From positions 104,872 to 168,871 of the IMG/VR virus record IMGVR_UViG_3300027969_000043: a stretch of DNA of 64,000 nt. One strand, 5' to 3'. The notes beneath the pieces are model-generated. The model worked only from the letters and a program-made list of their open reading frames with translations. It was not told where the DNA came from and made no database searches. This document shows, piece by piece, positions 20,276-31,364 of the stretch. Position numbers and translations under genes: made by a program. The stretch is from a virus. The number at the start of each line of letters is the position of its first letter. Positions within the stretch are counted from its first letter, which is position 1.

Positions 20276-20527
20276 TTAACAAAATTTAAATTGACTCACC
20301 ATTATTTTTAAATTTTGAAACATTTTTTCGTAACATTTTACTTTCTCGTCAACATCTTTTTGGTCACTAATTTTTGACGCTTCCAAATCTATTATTTTAT
20401 TGATTTCAGACGCAATAATTTTATTATTATTGTCATCAGTTTCTTCTTCAAAACTATTTAAACAAAGTTTATCACTTAGTTCTTTAAGTTTATTTAAATT
20501 TGAACTTGTTTCAATAGAACTATTCAT
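20276..20527 (-). CDS. Hypothetical protein
   Basis: 83-aa ORF in operon. Confidence 0.55.
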   Translation of the reverse strand: MNSSIETSSNLNKLKELSDKLCLNSFEEETDDNNNKIIASEINKIIDLEASKISDQKDVDEKVKCYEKMFQNLKIMVSQFKFC

Positions 20528-20549
20528 TTTAATTATGAATTAAATTGTC

Positions 20550-21329
20550 TTAATTATCAATTAAGTTATTTTTCAATTCCATAAGTTTAGAAATCTTATC
20601 AAGAAATTTATCGTTGTCAATTTCTTGGTCTTCTAATAACTTAGCTTTAACCTTTAATAATTTTTCTTTAGCTTCACCTGATTCTTCAGTTAACAACGTA
20701 TCAATTATCTTAACACACTCATTAACTTCTTTTTGGTATAACTCTTTTTTCGCGTCAACATCTGGATTGATTAAAACCTTGATTACTTCTTTGTCAGCCT
20801 CGCTTAATGATGAATATTTGTCATTATATTTCTCAACCATTAATTTTGATAACATACTTAACGGTAAATCAAAACTCTCGTTGACTTCTTTTGGTTTATT
20901 GGCTAAAATATAATCTGTTATATTTTTAACCTCGGTCATAACGCTCTCAATATTTTGAGGTGTTTTATTAATAAACGTTAATTTTGTGATTGATTCGTGT
21001 AAATTCGATAAATTATATTTATCATCAACATTGTGTTTAATACCAATCAACATTGATGCCAATTTTGAATTTTCTTTCAAAATATCTTTTTGATTATACT
21101 TTTCTAATAATCTTAAGTTTTCTGAAACAAAAGAAAAAACAGATAATGAATCATCACCTATTTTATTTTCTATATTACTATAAATTAAAAATTGAGTTCT
21201 TAATATTTCACTTTCTTTAATTGTTTTAATGTATTTTTTAAACAACTTTTTAGTGTTTTCATCTTTTTTTGCAATAGCCTCAACTAGTAAATTATTGAAC
21301 GTATTTTTAATTTTACCAAAATTTTGCAT
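20550..21329 (-). CDS. Hypothetical head-module protein
   Basis: Late motif 21347-54; several LxE sites. Confidence 0.65.
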   Translation of the reverse strand: MQNFGKIKNTFNNLLVEAIAKKDENTKKLFKKYIKTIKESEILRTQFLIYSNIENKIGDDSLSVFSFVSENLRLLEKYNQKDILKENSKLASMLIGIKHNVDDKYNLSNLHESITKLTFINKTPQNIESVMTEVKNITDYILANKPKEVNESFDLPLSMLSKLMVEKYNDKYSSLSEADKEVIKVLINPDVDAKKELYQKEVNECVKIIDTLLTEESGEAKEKLLKVKAKLLEDQEIDNDKFLDKISKLMELKNNLIDN

Positions 21330-21379
21330 TAGTACTATTTTACTTTATAAATATCATTATTTGTATGAAAAAAAATAAA

Positions 21380-23425
21380 TTATTTGTTTAACATGTCATC
21401 AATATCGTTAATCATATTGTTAATACCCTCATTTATTTTTAAATTTTTATTGTAAATTTTGGTATTTTCTATTGGTTTAGGTTCGTTATCAACCATAGTG
21501 ATTAACCTGTCAACAAATATAGATTTATATTTTTCAGCCCTTTCGTTTAATTTATTTTGAATTTTTTTCTTTTCCTCAACTAATAAATTATCAATTCTTT
21601 TAATTTCTTCAGCGGTTGTTTCAGCTGCGGTCTCTTCAGCACCAGCAACTTCACCAGCAGCCGCTGCTTCACCACCAGCTTCAGTAGAAGCTGCCGCTTC
21701 TTCACCCTCAGCACCAGCTTCACCACCACTAAAATCTAAATCAGTTTCAGTTGTACCACCACCACCAAATCCGCCACCTAATCCAGCTGTGCTACCACCG
21801 CCTCCACCTCCACCCGCAGGGGCTGCACCACCATCAGCTGCCGCACCACCGCCACCTTCCATTGCAGCATTAATATCACCATAAATTCTATCAACAGTAT
21901 CAAACATACCAGTATGCTTGATAACTTGTGCTGTATTTGCAATTTCTGCAGCTGCTGCTTTTTCCATTCTTTGCTCTAGAAGGTCTTGCTTGATATCGTC
22001 ATCAGACCAACCAAGAATTTCTCTCTTAGCTCTTGTCATTGACATAGCACCAAAACCATTACCAGCATCAGAAACAGCATCTTTGTACAACGTAACTTTT
22101 AATTGCGTATGTTCAACCTTAAGCATTTCGGCCTGTGTTGATGGGTTATTTAATGTTAATGTAAAATTATCCAAATCATCCTCAAAACCCAATACGTATA
22201 AGTGAATGATAACAATTTTATTTAATTCTTGTAACATTGCTTGCTGTATTCTATTAACGGTTCTAGAGAATCTGATATCCTGAAGCGCTAGGTTTTTACC
22301 CTCACCAGTTGTTTCATCAAAACCTAAAAATGGTTTAGGAACTCTTAGTGCTGTAAATAATTTTTTCTGTAAGTATTCAATATCGGCTATCTGGTCTAGA
22401 TTAGCAGCACCAGGCAACGTATCAATCGGATTTGGTGCGTCCTCGGTTCTTACTGGAATGAAGTAATCTTGGTCGTTTGATAATTGATTGTATCTTAAAT
22501 CAATTTGACCTGTTGCGGGGTCAACAATAGGTGCTCTTTTAAATCTATTGGCAATTTCATTTACGTATGCTTCAACATCCTTATCATCAATATTACCAAC
22601 ATAAATTTTATATATCCTTCTTTCTGGTGCTCTAGTAACACGATATACCAACATAGCATCTTCAGAAAGAATTAGTTGTTTCCAAATTCTTCTAGCCTTT
22701 TCCAAAACAGATGTACCGTATGGTAATCTTCTATCATCACCTAACAATCTAAAGTGCGCCATTTGCCAAGAATTAAACTCAACGTCACGACCTCTCCAGT
22801 AAAATTTAACCTTGTCTGATATATAATTTTCATCTGTTTTTTGTGTTAGCATATCAAATAAGCCACCATCACGTCTTTCCATTTCATAGTTTGGCATTTG
22901 TTTAACACCAACAACACCATTCTCATCGTCAATGTTAAGGTACACAAAATTATCACCATATTTACAAGTATTTCTTGTCCACATTGGTAACGATGTATGT
23001 ATATCAAGTCTATTAAACAATAAATCCTCAACTATACCCTTAACTCTTTTGCTTTCAGAATAAACATTAACCATTCTACCGCTAGAATTTAATGTTGTTG
23101 ATTCCTCCATCATGATATCCAAAGCAGCAGCAATTTCTGGATAAAATTCCATTGCTTCAAAATCAGAATAAGAACCAATTCTAGTTGTTTCATAATTTAC
23201 AGCTTGTTGAAATAACCCAGTCTCAACTTTTTTCCATACTTGTCCTAAGTATCTATTTTGTTGCGCTTGTAATTTTGCTGTTTCGTATTCTTGCTTATCT
23301 GTTGTCTTTAGTAAGACATCCTTATTAATATTAAACCTTTGAGGTGCAGGTTCATTAATTTTAAATCCTTCAGGTCCTAATATTTTGCCTAGTTTCTGAA
23401 ATATGGTTAAATTATTTTTTGCCAT
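21380..23425 (-). CDS. gp20: Portal protein (T4 gp20-like) with long Gly/Ala/Glu C-terminal tail
   Basis: EDAMLVYRVTRAPERRIYKIYVGN, DYFIPVR, IDTLPGA, DIEYLQKKLFTALRVP. Confidence 0.96.
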   Translation of the reverse strand: MAKNNLTIFQKLGKILGPEGFKINEPAPQRFNINKDVLLKTTDKQEYETAKLQAQQNRYLGQVWKKVETGLFQQAVNYETTRIGSYSDFEAMEFYPEIAAALDIMMEESTTLNSSGRMVNVYSESKRVKGIVEDLLFNRLDIHTSLPMWTRNTCKYGDNFVYLNIDDENGVVGVKQMPNYEMERRDGGLFDMLTQKTDENYISDKVKFYWRGRDVEFNSWQMAHFRLLGDDRRLPYGTSVLEKARRIWKQLILSEDAMLVYRVTRAPERRIYKIYVGNIDDKDVEAYVNEIANRFKRAPIVDPATGQIDLRYNQLSNDQDYFIPVRTEDAPNPIDTLPGAANLDQIADIEYLQKKLFTALRVPKPFLGFDETTGEGKNLALQDIRFSRTVNRIQQAMLQELNKIVIIHLYVLGFEDDLDNFTLTLNNPSTQAEMLKVEHTQLKVTLYKDAVSDAGNGFGAMSMTRAKREILGWSDDDIKQDLLEQRMEKAAAAEIANTAQVIKHTGMFDTVDRIYGDINAAMEGGGGAAADGGAAPAGGGGGGGSTAGLGGGFGGGGTTETDLDFSGGEAGAEGEEAAASTEAGGEAAAAGEVAGAEETAAETTAEEIKRIDNLLVEEKKKIQNKLNERAEKYKSIFVDRLITMVDNEPKPIENTKIYNKNLKINEGINNMINDIDDMLNK

Positions 23426-23467
23426 TTTTTTTATTTAATTATAACGATTTTTTAATTTAAATCAAGT

Positions 23468-23713
23468 TTATTTTACATAATCACATTCTACATATGCCAA
23501 TCTTTGTTGTTCACCATTAAATACTGATATGTCATAAACATAAGTACAAATCCAATCTTGACCTTGTGAGCCTGGTAAAGCGTCACAATATGATTTTTTA
23601 TCACCCGTATTTTTTCCTTTGCTATATGTTGGGGTTTGGGGTGTCCAAGTATATAAATAATTGCCATAAGTTTTTATGGCGTATTTACCTCTAGATTCTG
23701 GTTTAGTACTCAT
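23468..23713 (-). CDS. Small hypothetical protein
   Basis: 81-aa ORF between terminase and portal. Confidence 0.6.
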   Translation of the reverse strand: MSTKPESRGKYAIKTYGNYLYTWTPQTPTYSKGKNTGDKKSYCDALPGSQGQDWICTYVYDISVFNGEQQRLAYVECDYVK

Positions 23714-23724
23714 ATTATATTTTT

Positions 23725-25506
23725 TTATTTTGAACCGCTAAATAACCACATATACTGACCTTTTGGGTCCTGCATATTTTTAGCAACAACTGGGCTAAAA
23801 TTTGGTTTCGGTGCGGCTGTTTTATGTCTATTTTCTTTCGATACAAACCCATTACCTCTCTGCGCATCAGTATCAACTTGGGTTGTACTTGCTACCCAAC
23901 TATTTAACATAGCTTTAGTTTGTTTTTCTAACTTCTCAAGATTTTTAAATGAATGCTCTATAACCCATAAACACATTGCCATTGACATAATTAAATCATC
24001 ATGATACCCGTCCATATGGTCAGCGCGGCCATTTTTATAAATAAACGTTTTCATTTCTGAAATCATTCTAGCCGACCTTATCTTAACAATGTTGTTTCTA
24101 ATCTTTTCTTCAAAGTTTGAAACCATTTGTGTTCGGATTGAACTTACCTGAAGGCCAGGCACCTTGTTATCTTTTTTATAAGCATCCATTTGTCTTTGCT
24201 TGGTTGACAATATTTTACCGTTAGGTGTATCATAATGCAAACGTTTGTAATCAAATTCCAATAATTTTAACACCGTTGAAACACCCATACCACCAGTTAT
24301 ATCGACAACCGTATATGCTTTGTATAGCTCGCCATACTCCTCAACCAATTGAGCTAATAAATCTGGCTGTATTTTACCCTGATATTCCATAACTTGCTCC
24401 ATTGTTGTAAAATCCAACATAACTATTGTGGACGAATCCTCGCTATCACCTCTAGATACATCGACACCCATTATATATTGGTGCCCTTCCTCAGGTTGTT
24501 TCCAAATCCAAACTTCATTTTCAGCCCCACTAACAAATTCTGGTTCCATAACATTTAATCTATCCTGCTCTTGAATAATGTCCTCGCTGATAACGTTACC
24601 ACCAGAACCAATAAATGATACGTCCAATTCCTGCGCTATCATTCTAGAATCATTATTCATACCCCTACACATTTCTTCATACCAAGATGACGTAGGTTTA
24701 AACCCCCCATCAATCATTCTAGTATATGAATCAAAACAAAACTCAATCTCATCAAATATCTCATCACCCTTAACCCATTTAAGGTCTTTATTATACCTTA
24801 AATCTTCATACCATTTCATTTCAATGATATTAAAGTTGTTCTTTTTTGCTTTTGATTGGGCGTATGTTTCATAATAAAGTTTATCCATACCATTTGGTGT
24901 TGATATAAGCGTGGCCTTACCACCAGTACCAAGCGCTGTTAACGCAGCACCAAACACAATAGCACCATTATCAATATATGCGGCCTCATCCATAACAAGA
25001 TATGTCGGCGTAAAACCTCTAAGGGCATCTTTTGAAGTTGCAACCGCTTTTACACGGCTACCGTTTGGTAATTTTATTTCTTTTTTGGAATCTGTAATGA
25101 AAATACTTTTTGATTCATTTTTGTGTGAACCATAATACTCTGGGCCCCAAACCCATCTAGGTAATTGTGAAACAAAATCTTTAATTTTGGCCAAGAATTC
25201 AAAAGCCAATTCTTGCTTATTTGCGATGATAAGAACCGCTTCTGGATTCTCTTCATCGGCAAAACCTACCTTAATTGATAGATAAGCTGCTGTTGTTGTA
25301 GATACACCCGCCTGTCTAGGTTTAGTTATTAAATTAAACCTATGATGCTCATAAGCGTGGCAAATTTCTTTTTGTCTTGGGAATAGTTTAAATTGAACAA
25401 AGCCTTCTTGGGTTTTATCAAATGTTTCTAAATAAGTCTCAATAGCGTATATTGGGCTAGATAAACATTTTGCATACTCCTTCATTATTTCTTGTCTTGT
25501 CAACAT
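23725..25506 (-). CDS. gp17: Large terminase subunit (T4 gp17-like)
   Basis: KPRQAGVST, LVMDEAA, ISTPNG, GVDVSRG, HDDLIMS. Confidence 0.96.
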   Translation of the reverse strand: MLTRQEIMKEYAKCLSSPIYAIETYLETFDKTQEGFVQFKLFPRQKEICHAYEHHRFNLITKPRQAGVSTTTAAYLSIKVGFADEENPEAVLIIANKQELAFEFLAKIKDFVSQLPRWVWGPEYYGSHKNESKSIFITDSKKEIKLPNGSRVKAVATSKDALRGFTPTYLVMDEAAYIDNGAIVFGAALTALGTGGKATLISTPNGMDKLYYETYAQSKAKKNNFNIIEMKWYEDLRYNKDLKWVKGDEIFDEIEFCFDSYTRMIDGGFKPTSSWYEEMCRGMNNDSRMIAQELDVSFIGSGGNVISEDIIQEQDRLNVMEPEFVSGAENEVWIWKQPEEGHQYIMGVDVSRGDSEDSSTIVMLDFTTMEQVMEYQGKIQPDLLAQLVEEYGELYKAYTVVDITGGMGVSTVLKLLEFDYKRLHYDTPNGKILSTKQRQMDAYKKDNKVPGLQVSSIRTQMVSNFEEKIRNNIVKIRSARMISEMKTFIYKNGRADHMDGYHDDLIMSMAMCLWVIEHSFKNLEKLEKQTKAMLNSWVASTTQVDTDAQRGNGFVSKENRHKTAAPKPNFSPVVAKNMQDPKGQYMWLFSGSK

Positions 25507-25552
25507 ATTCTTTTTACTAATAAATATGCTAGTAGACGATTAAAACCGTATT

Positions 25553-26578
25553 TTAATGTTTTTTGAAATATTTAACCCATGCTTTTGTTGCAACCTCACC
25601 AGTCATGATAAGCCCTAATTTATTTAATTTTTGAAAATTAAATCTTCTAAACCTGTAAGCAAATTTCATTTTTTTTACGATATCATCACTTGATGTTTGG
25701 TTAGCTTTATAAAAACAACTTAACCAATTAATCTCATTAGAACCAACAATTGGTATATTATTAGAAACAAAATCAGCGGCAACAATATTAAATGTTTCGT
25801 TTAACGATACTTGTAATCCAATGTCCATTTTACGGATAACATCATTAAAATCTTCATGGCTATACCACGGATGTTCAACTAACGTATGAACTTCTTGGTT
25901 CTCAAATAACGCTCTAATATTTCTTAAAGCGCTATCACCCTTTTCAATCCTTTCACTGTTTATATGAAAGTGAACTGGTTTGGTAATTTTATTCCCAAAA
26001 TCAATAGCGGACACTGCTTGTATTAGTTGATTTTTCATTGGTCTTATCGCACCAAAACAACCTATATCAACATGATTCTTATCTTTAAAAATATTTTTGT
26101 CAGCCCCTACCACAGGATAATAGTTTGGTAAAAAAATCATATTTTTAACACCAGCTTTTTTCAAATCACCATACATTTTTTCAGTATTTGGGGCGATATG
26201 AATTTTGTTCCTCTTACCCATTTTATCATATATAAAAATCCATTCCATTGCCATACCCTCATTTGCTATGAACGGCATTTCGGAGTGTAATCTAATAATC
26301 CAATTTACTTTTGGATGTAATTTATGTAACGCATCAAATTTTTCTGGTATCACCCAAAGAGCTTCGATAATAACATGTGTTGGTTTATATTTTGAAACTT
26401 CTCTATCAATACAATTGTTATCATCAACTTGTACTAAGTTAGATTCAATGCCATTACGATTAAGCATTTCGTTTACAAACGTTGCGCTATTAAAAAGACC
26501 TGAATGCAACGTTTTTGCTGTTGGCATGTTATACAGTCTTCTCTTTTTTAAAACAAATAAAATTTTTGGGGTTGTCAT
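25553..26578 (-). CDS. GT-B glycosyltransferase
   Basis: GCFGAIRPMKNQ, SLNETFNIVAADF. Confidence 0.7.
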   Translation of the reverse strand: MTTPKILFVLKKRRLYNMPTAKTLHSGLFNSATFVNEMLNRNGIESNLVQVDDNNCIDREVSKYKPTHVIIEALWVIPEKFDALHKLHPKVNWIIRLHSEMPFIANEGMAMEWIFIYDKMGKRNKIHIAPNTEKMYGDLKKAGVKNMIFLPNYYPVVGADKNIFKDKNHVDIGCFGAIRPMKNQLIQAVSAIDFGNKITKPVHFHINSERIEKGDSALRNIRALFENQEVHTLVEHPWYSHEDFNDVIRKMDIGLQVSLNETFNIVAADFVSNNIPIVGSNEINWLSCFYKANQTSSDDIVKKMKFAYRFRRFNFQKLNKLGLIMTGEVATKAWVKYFKKH

Positions 26579-26677
26579 GTGAGGCTTTTTTAATAAATAT
26601 AACTTACCCCCGCATTTTATAAACTATTTTTTAAAAAAAATGTAAAAAAAAACACTCATTTTTGAGTGTCTTAATTT

Positions 26678-27886
26678 TTATAAAAATTCTTCAAAACCAT
26701 CGTTGTTTTCTTCCCAATCATTACCCATATTCAGTTCATTTATTGCTTGGTTAAACTCATCTTCTTGCAACCCTCTTTTAACACCATGTAATATTTCATC
26801 TATAACTTTTTGACCTCTCTTGGTACCTGCCATAATCTCTCTCATTTGATTATGAAATTCTTTTGCTGGCAATGATGCTAGTTCAGAATATACATGATGT
26901 TTTAAACCAAAATCATCAGCAGGTATTTTGTCTGTAAATTTACCCCAAACGGCTGGACCTAATCTCATGTCCCATGGTTCTGCTGCTAAGAAATCTGCTT
27001 TATTAACAACATAGTTTGCCATGCTTTTATCTTTTGGTAAACCATGTGCTGAAAGCAATTCCATAACCCCCTTAACAATTTCATGGATTAACACAGGGAA
27101 TACCATAGCCTGTGCATGTATTTTAGCTTTAGGATTTTCAGCTGTTGGAAATTCAACTCTAACAACACCACCATTAACTTGATTTTCCATTTTAGGTATA
27201 ACATAATACATATAATCGGCTGCCGACATCATCTTGTTATACTTATTTGGTAATTTAGGGTCCATATCAGTTAATTCGTCATCAGCCATATGAAACATGT
27301 GATTACATTTTTTAGCGGCACCCTGTGTCATAGCGTTTAAAAATCTTCTTTTATAAACTTCATCAGTCGCATTAACCATATCATCATGAGACTCAAATTC
27401 CATACCTTCAACTGGCATTGGTTTTGCGTTTTTCTTGGTTCCTTCTATATTAATATTTGGTGTTAACTCAGCAATAATTTCAACCGCATCTTCACCCATA
27501 TCATACTCTTGCCTAATCATCTTTATTGCCAAATCCTCAAGCTTTTTCTTATGCTTAGATTCTAATGCAATAGTTTCATAAACCATTGGCATCATTTCCA
27601 TCATAACACTTTGATTGTCTATATTATCAACATCAAATGCTCTTTTATAACGCTTACAAACTTCATTAAAACGCTCACCCATGATTTTTTGGGTAAATGA
27701 ATGCTCGTCACCTTCAGGTATAGCTGGATGTTTACCTATGGATGTTTTATCATTAGCCAATTCCTCTTCTAAACTCGGATGCATCCTTTCGGTTAACCCT
27801 TCTGGATACATAACAGCCTCGTTTAATACTTTTTTTTCTTTTGACTTAGCCAAAGCTTTTTCTGCTAATTTTTTAAATTCGCTCAT
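26678..27886 (-). CDS. Hypothetical late protein
   Basis: 402-aa ORF; KKVLNE N-terminal tag. Confidence 0.65.
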   Translation of the reverse strand: MSEFKKLAEKALAKSKEKKVLNEAVMYPEGLTERMHPSLEEELANDKTSIGKHPAIPEGDEHSFTQKIMGERFNEVCKRYKRAFDVDNIDNQSVMMEMMPMVYETIALESKHKKKLEDLAIKMIRQEYDMGEDAVEIIAELTPNINIEGTKKNAKPMPVEGMEFESHDDMVNATDEVYKRRFLNAMTQGAAKKCNHMFHMADDELTDMDPKLPNKYNKMMSAADYMYYVIPKMENQVNGGVVRVEFPTAENPKAKIHAQAMVFPVLIHEIVKGVMELLSAHGLPKDKSMANYVVNKADFLAAEPWDMRLGPAVWGKFTDKIPADDFGLKHHVYSELASLPAKEFHNQMREIMAGTKRGQKVIDEILHGVKRGLQEDEFNQAINELNMGNDWEENNDGFEEFL

Positions 27887-27890
27887 AGTT

Positions 27891-28943
27891 TTATTTTATA
27901 TCTTTTACTTTAATTATTCTTTTTTCTGTAACGGCTGCAGGTTCTTCAGCTGGTTTTCCTTGTGTTTGTTGTTGACTCTTTGCAATATCTTTAATACCAG
28001 TAATCAACGCTGACAATCCGTTTCTAGGTACACCTATCAATTCGGCAAAAGCCGCAATAACTTCTCTTTGCGCAACTTTATTTGTTTTAATAGTATCAAT
28101 TATGGTTGTAGGTATTCTTTTACCTATCATCTTCATTAGTTTCTGAGCCTTAGCATTCATTTCTTCATCTGTCTCTTGACCTGTTGGTGTTACTTCATTA
28201 ACAACACCCATACCTCTACCACTAGCACCAAATAAAGCTTCATCAACAAACTTTTTGAATTCTCTAATACCCATATATTTTTCATCTTCACCCATTTGAG
28301 CCTTAGCTAATTCTTCAATAGACTTAAACTTTCTAGCTTTACCAGTTTTTTCGTTTACAATAAAGTGTTTATGGCCTGCAAAACTATTTTCTTTTTTTTC
28401 TTCTAACCCCATTAACGTTGCCATTTCAGGACCATCAGGTTCTACAACACCAGTTTCTTGAATTGCTTTTTTTGCTATATTTTCTTCAAAATGCTTAACA
28501 TCATGTATGATATTATTACCCTCGTCATCAACTTCATCCATGCAATACACACCCATAACCTTTTGTCTATCGGGTGTCATTGCTCTAACCATTTGATATT
28601 TTTTATCAGCTATTGTGAACGGTTTAGATACTTCACCAGTTTCAAAGTCTTTAATTTCGGATAGATATTCTAATTTCATAGGTGTATTCATTTCAGATTC
28701 ATTAACTATTTTAACGTCCATCTTATCTTGTTTTGCTTTTTCTATCGCTTTTTTTACTTTAGTCTTATTCATCTCAGCTCCACTAAAATAAAGAGTTCCC
28801 TCAGGACTTGGTTTTGCTGAAATTGATTTGCTAGGTGAACTAGTATCAGTTGTTGAGCTAGTATCATCCGTTGATGGCGAATCCCCAGTTCCGTCACTTC
28901 CCTTGGTTACATCTTCTTCTTTTATTTTATTTTTGTTTTTCAT
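27891..28943 (-). CDS. Hypothetical head-associated protein
   Basis: Ser/Thr/Asp-rich N-terminus; several IxE/VNE sites. Confidence 0.6.
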   Translation of the reverse strand: MKNKNKIKEEDVTKGSDGTGDSPSTDDTSSTTDTSSPSKSISAKPSPEGTLYFSGAEMNKTKVKKAIEKAKQDKMDVKIVNESEMNTPMKLEYLSEIKDFETGEVSKPFTIADKKYQMVRAMTPDRQKVMGVYCMDEVDDEGNNIIHDVKHFEENIAKKAIQETGVVEPDGPEMATLMGLEEKKENSFAGHKHFIVNEKTGKARKFKSIEELAKAQMGEDEKYMGIREFKKFVDEALFGASGRGMGVVNEVTPTGQETDEEMNAKAQKLMKMIGKRIPTTIIDTIKTNKVAQREVIAAFAELIGVPRNGLSALITGIKDIAKSQQQTQGKPAEEPAAVTEKRIIKVKDIK

Positions 28944-29337
28944 ATTTGTCAAAATTTACCAATATTAAATCTTTTTCATAAAGCTTATCTTCAACTTCTT
29001 TTACTGATTCACCAAACTTAAAACACAATCTGTGTTCTGGATACGAATCATAAGCGTTTACATTCTCCCAAGCCAACGCAATAACTCCGTCAACCGCGTC
29101 CCAAACAGCAAATGTATCACTATTTTGAACAACATCCAATTTTAAATTAGAATCTAGTTTACCAACGTATTTTATAAATATTTCATGCGGCGGTTCAGGT
29201 CTTCCAGATGCGGGAAATGTATCCCACTCTTCACCATCAATACCACTTGTTGTATCGGAAAAAAGGAACTCATAGATATGGTTTCCTTTATAATTTTTCC
29301 CTACATGATTTACATATATTAAATACAAATCTTTCAT
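28927..29337 (-). CDS. Hypothetical protein
   Basis: 136-aa ORF coupled to neighbours. Confidence 0.65.
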   Translation of the reverse strand: MKDLYLIYVNHVGKNYKGNHIYEFLFSDTTSGIDGEEWDTFPASGRPEPPHEIFIKYVGKLDSNLKLDVVQNSDTFAVWDAVDGVIALAWENVNAYDSYPEHRLCFKFGESVKEVEDKLYEKDLILVNFDKYEKQK

Positions 29338-31361
29338 TATACTTTAGCCTTAGGGTCTGTTTTGATTCCTGGGGCAACTTCTGGTAAAAATGGTTTATTT
29401 TTTCTACTTGGTTGCGCAGGTTTGTTTGGTTCAGTAGTTCTTGGTTTTGTTTCAGGTACCAATGGTTTTGTTGTTGGTTGTGTCATATTTTCATTTTTAA
29501 CAAAGATACGACTATTTTCATCAAAACCAAAATTTTCTCCAACTATTTTAGAAACAGGTTTTTTAGACCACATTCTACAAGACCAATACTTAGGACTTGT
29601 TCTATCTTTAGCTTGAGCACATTTATGTCTAGCCCTAAATGATTTTCTTCTTTTTGGGTTATCACGCTTGATTTCCATATTCTTATCACCAAAGTTAACC
29701 TTTACAACTTTACCCTTTGCATTTTTAACAAATACTTTGTATTTTTTAACATCACCTCTGGTTGGCTTACCCAATTGAACTTTTCTACCCTTATATTCGG
29801 CTTCATTCATAGGTACGTTATCAACACTACCATACTCATCTTCATAACCACCTTCTGTTTCGCCGTCATAAGAATCTGGCTCATGCTCACCTAACGTCGC
29901 GCTTAAGAAATGATAAACCTCATCAATATCATCCGCTGATGTAGCCAAATGGTCAGTAGCCCAATTATGACCATCTGATAATAATTGGTCAACAGCATGG
30001 GCATCCATTTGAAGAATTTCGTCAATTGCATCTTTGATTGTTTTTAAGTTATTAAAGAACATATAGTTTTGGAATTCACCATGTCCTTCTTCTACCATTT
30101 CGTGTAATTTTTGTGTAATTAAGTTTTTCATGTTTTCTTCTTTTAAGTCTTCAGTGTTAAAATATTTTTTTAAATCTATTTTATTATTTATAGCATCTTT
30201 TACCGTAATAGTTTCTGGCATCTCACCTTCTACCCATTTGGTATTAGGAACCGCTAATACTATATCTTCTAGTTTTATTATTTCAGCTTTTATTTCTGGT
30301 ATACCACCAATTTTAAAAGCCCCTAATCTATGGTTACCATCTATAACTAAATATTTTCCATTCATTAATGGATGTTCTAAAGCTATAATTGGTGGAAATG
30401 ATTCAATACCTTTTTCTTTTGCTGATTTAATTATTTTTTCAACATAATCTTTTTTTTCTGTATTGAAATAATTTAACCCTTTGTTTGGTTCATTTCCAAA
30501 ACAATCACTAACGTTTAAAATTTTATTATCGCCAGTTATATTGTCTTCATAATCAACACCTTGAAAATCTGGATAAACTATTACTTTGTTTTCAAAATTT
30601 TCATTTTCATTTTCATTAGTGCTCTTTTTACCCCATTTTTTACCCTTGCCTCTTGTACCACAAGAAGCTGGTGTTGGTCTACAAGCTGGGTATTTTCTTT
30701 TTTCACCATCTTGTCTACCACATGGTTTACATTTTTTCCTACCTGTTTTAGGGTTTTTTCTACATGTGTTGCAATCTACCCAACCACTACTTCCGCCACC
30801 ACCTTTTCTAGCAAACCAACCATGCAAACCCTGTGATTTTTCTTTTGAATAATCAGTTTTTTTAGCCTCATTCATGTGCTCATTACTAAATGATAATTTA
30901 AGATTATCATTAATATAAACATCAACTTCTCCCAATGCTTTGCCTGCTTGAATTAACCTTTTTTCGTTTTCATCATCGTATGAATGGTCAAAAAATCCAG
31001 AGCCGTGACCATTTCTAGTAAACCATATATCATGACCTAATCTTTCCAACCCTTTTGTTTCTATCGCCTCTATTACGCTATCACCAGCCAAGTCTAAAAA
31101 TTTTTTTATTTCGGTATATGCTTTTATTAGTGAATCTGGCTCAATATCCTCTCTGGTAAAATTTTCAAATGATTTTTTATTTAAATTAGCTGATAATTTA
31201 ACTAATTTTTCTAATTCATCATCTTCGTCATCATCTTCGTCATCTTCATCATAACCATATTCTGATTGATAGTCATCCTTCAATCGCTCTTCTTCAGTCC
31301 AAAGAGCGGCGTCGATGTAGCCTTTTAATATTTGATTAATATCGTTTGGTTTTAACGTCAT
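29337..31361 (-). CDS. Modular protein: ParB/Srx-like domain plus basic Cys/His modules
   Basis: PPIIALE...YLVIDGNHRL; GWVDC..C..CGR..YPACRP; VNFGD...RRKSFRARHKC...YWSC. Confidence 0.7.
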   Translation of the reverse strand: MTLKPNDINQILKGYIDAALWTEEERLKDDYQSEYGYDEDDEDDDEDDELEKLVKLSANLNKKSFENFTREDIEPDSLIKAYTEIKKFLDLAGDSVIEAIETKGLERLGHDIWFTRNGHGSGFFDHSYDDENEKRLIQAGKALGEVDVYINDNLKLSFSNEHMNEAKKTDYSKEKSQGLHGWFARKGGGGSSGWVDCNTCRKNPKTGRKKCKPCGRQDGEKRKYPACRPTPASCGTRGKGKKWGKKSTNENENENFENKVIVYPDFQGVDYEDNITGDNKILNVSDCFGNEPNKGLNYFNTEKKDYVEKIIKSAKEKGIESFPPIIALEHPLMNGKYLVIDGNHRLGAFKIGGIPEIKAEIIKLEDIVLAVPNTKWVEGEMPETITVKDAINNKIDLKKYFNTEDLKEENMKNLITQKLHEMVEEGHGEFQNYMFFNNLKTIKDAIDEILQMDAHAVDQLLSDGHNWATDHLATSADDIDEVYHFLSATLGEHEPDSYDGETEGGYEDEYGSVDNVPMNEAEYKGRKVQLGKPTRGDVKKYKVFVKNAKGKVVKVNFGDKNMEIKRDNPKRRKSFRARHKCAQAKDRTSPKYWSCRMWSKKPVSKIVGENFGFDENSRIFVKNENMTQPTTKPLVPETKPRTTEPNKPAQPSRKNKPFLPEVAPGIKTDPKAKV

Positions 31362-31364
31362 TAC

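Noticed and set aside
21600-21870. GC-rich stretch in the portal gene as an inserted element
   Set aside because: It is in-frame Gly/Ala/Glu low-complexity coding sequence
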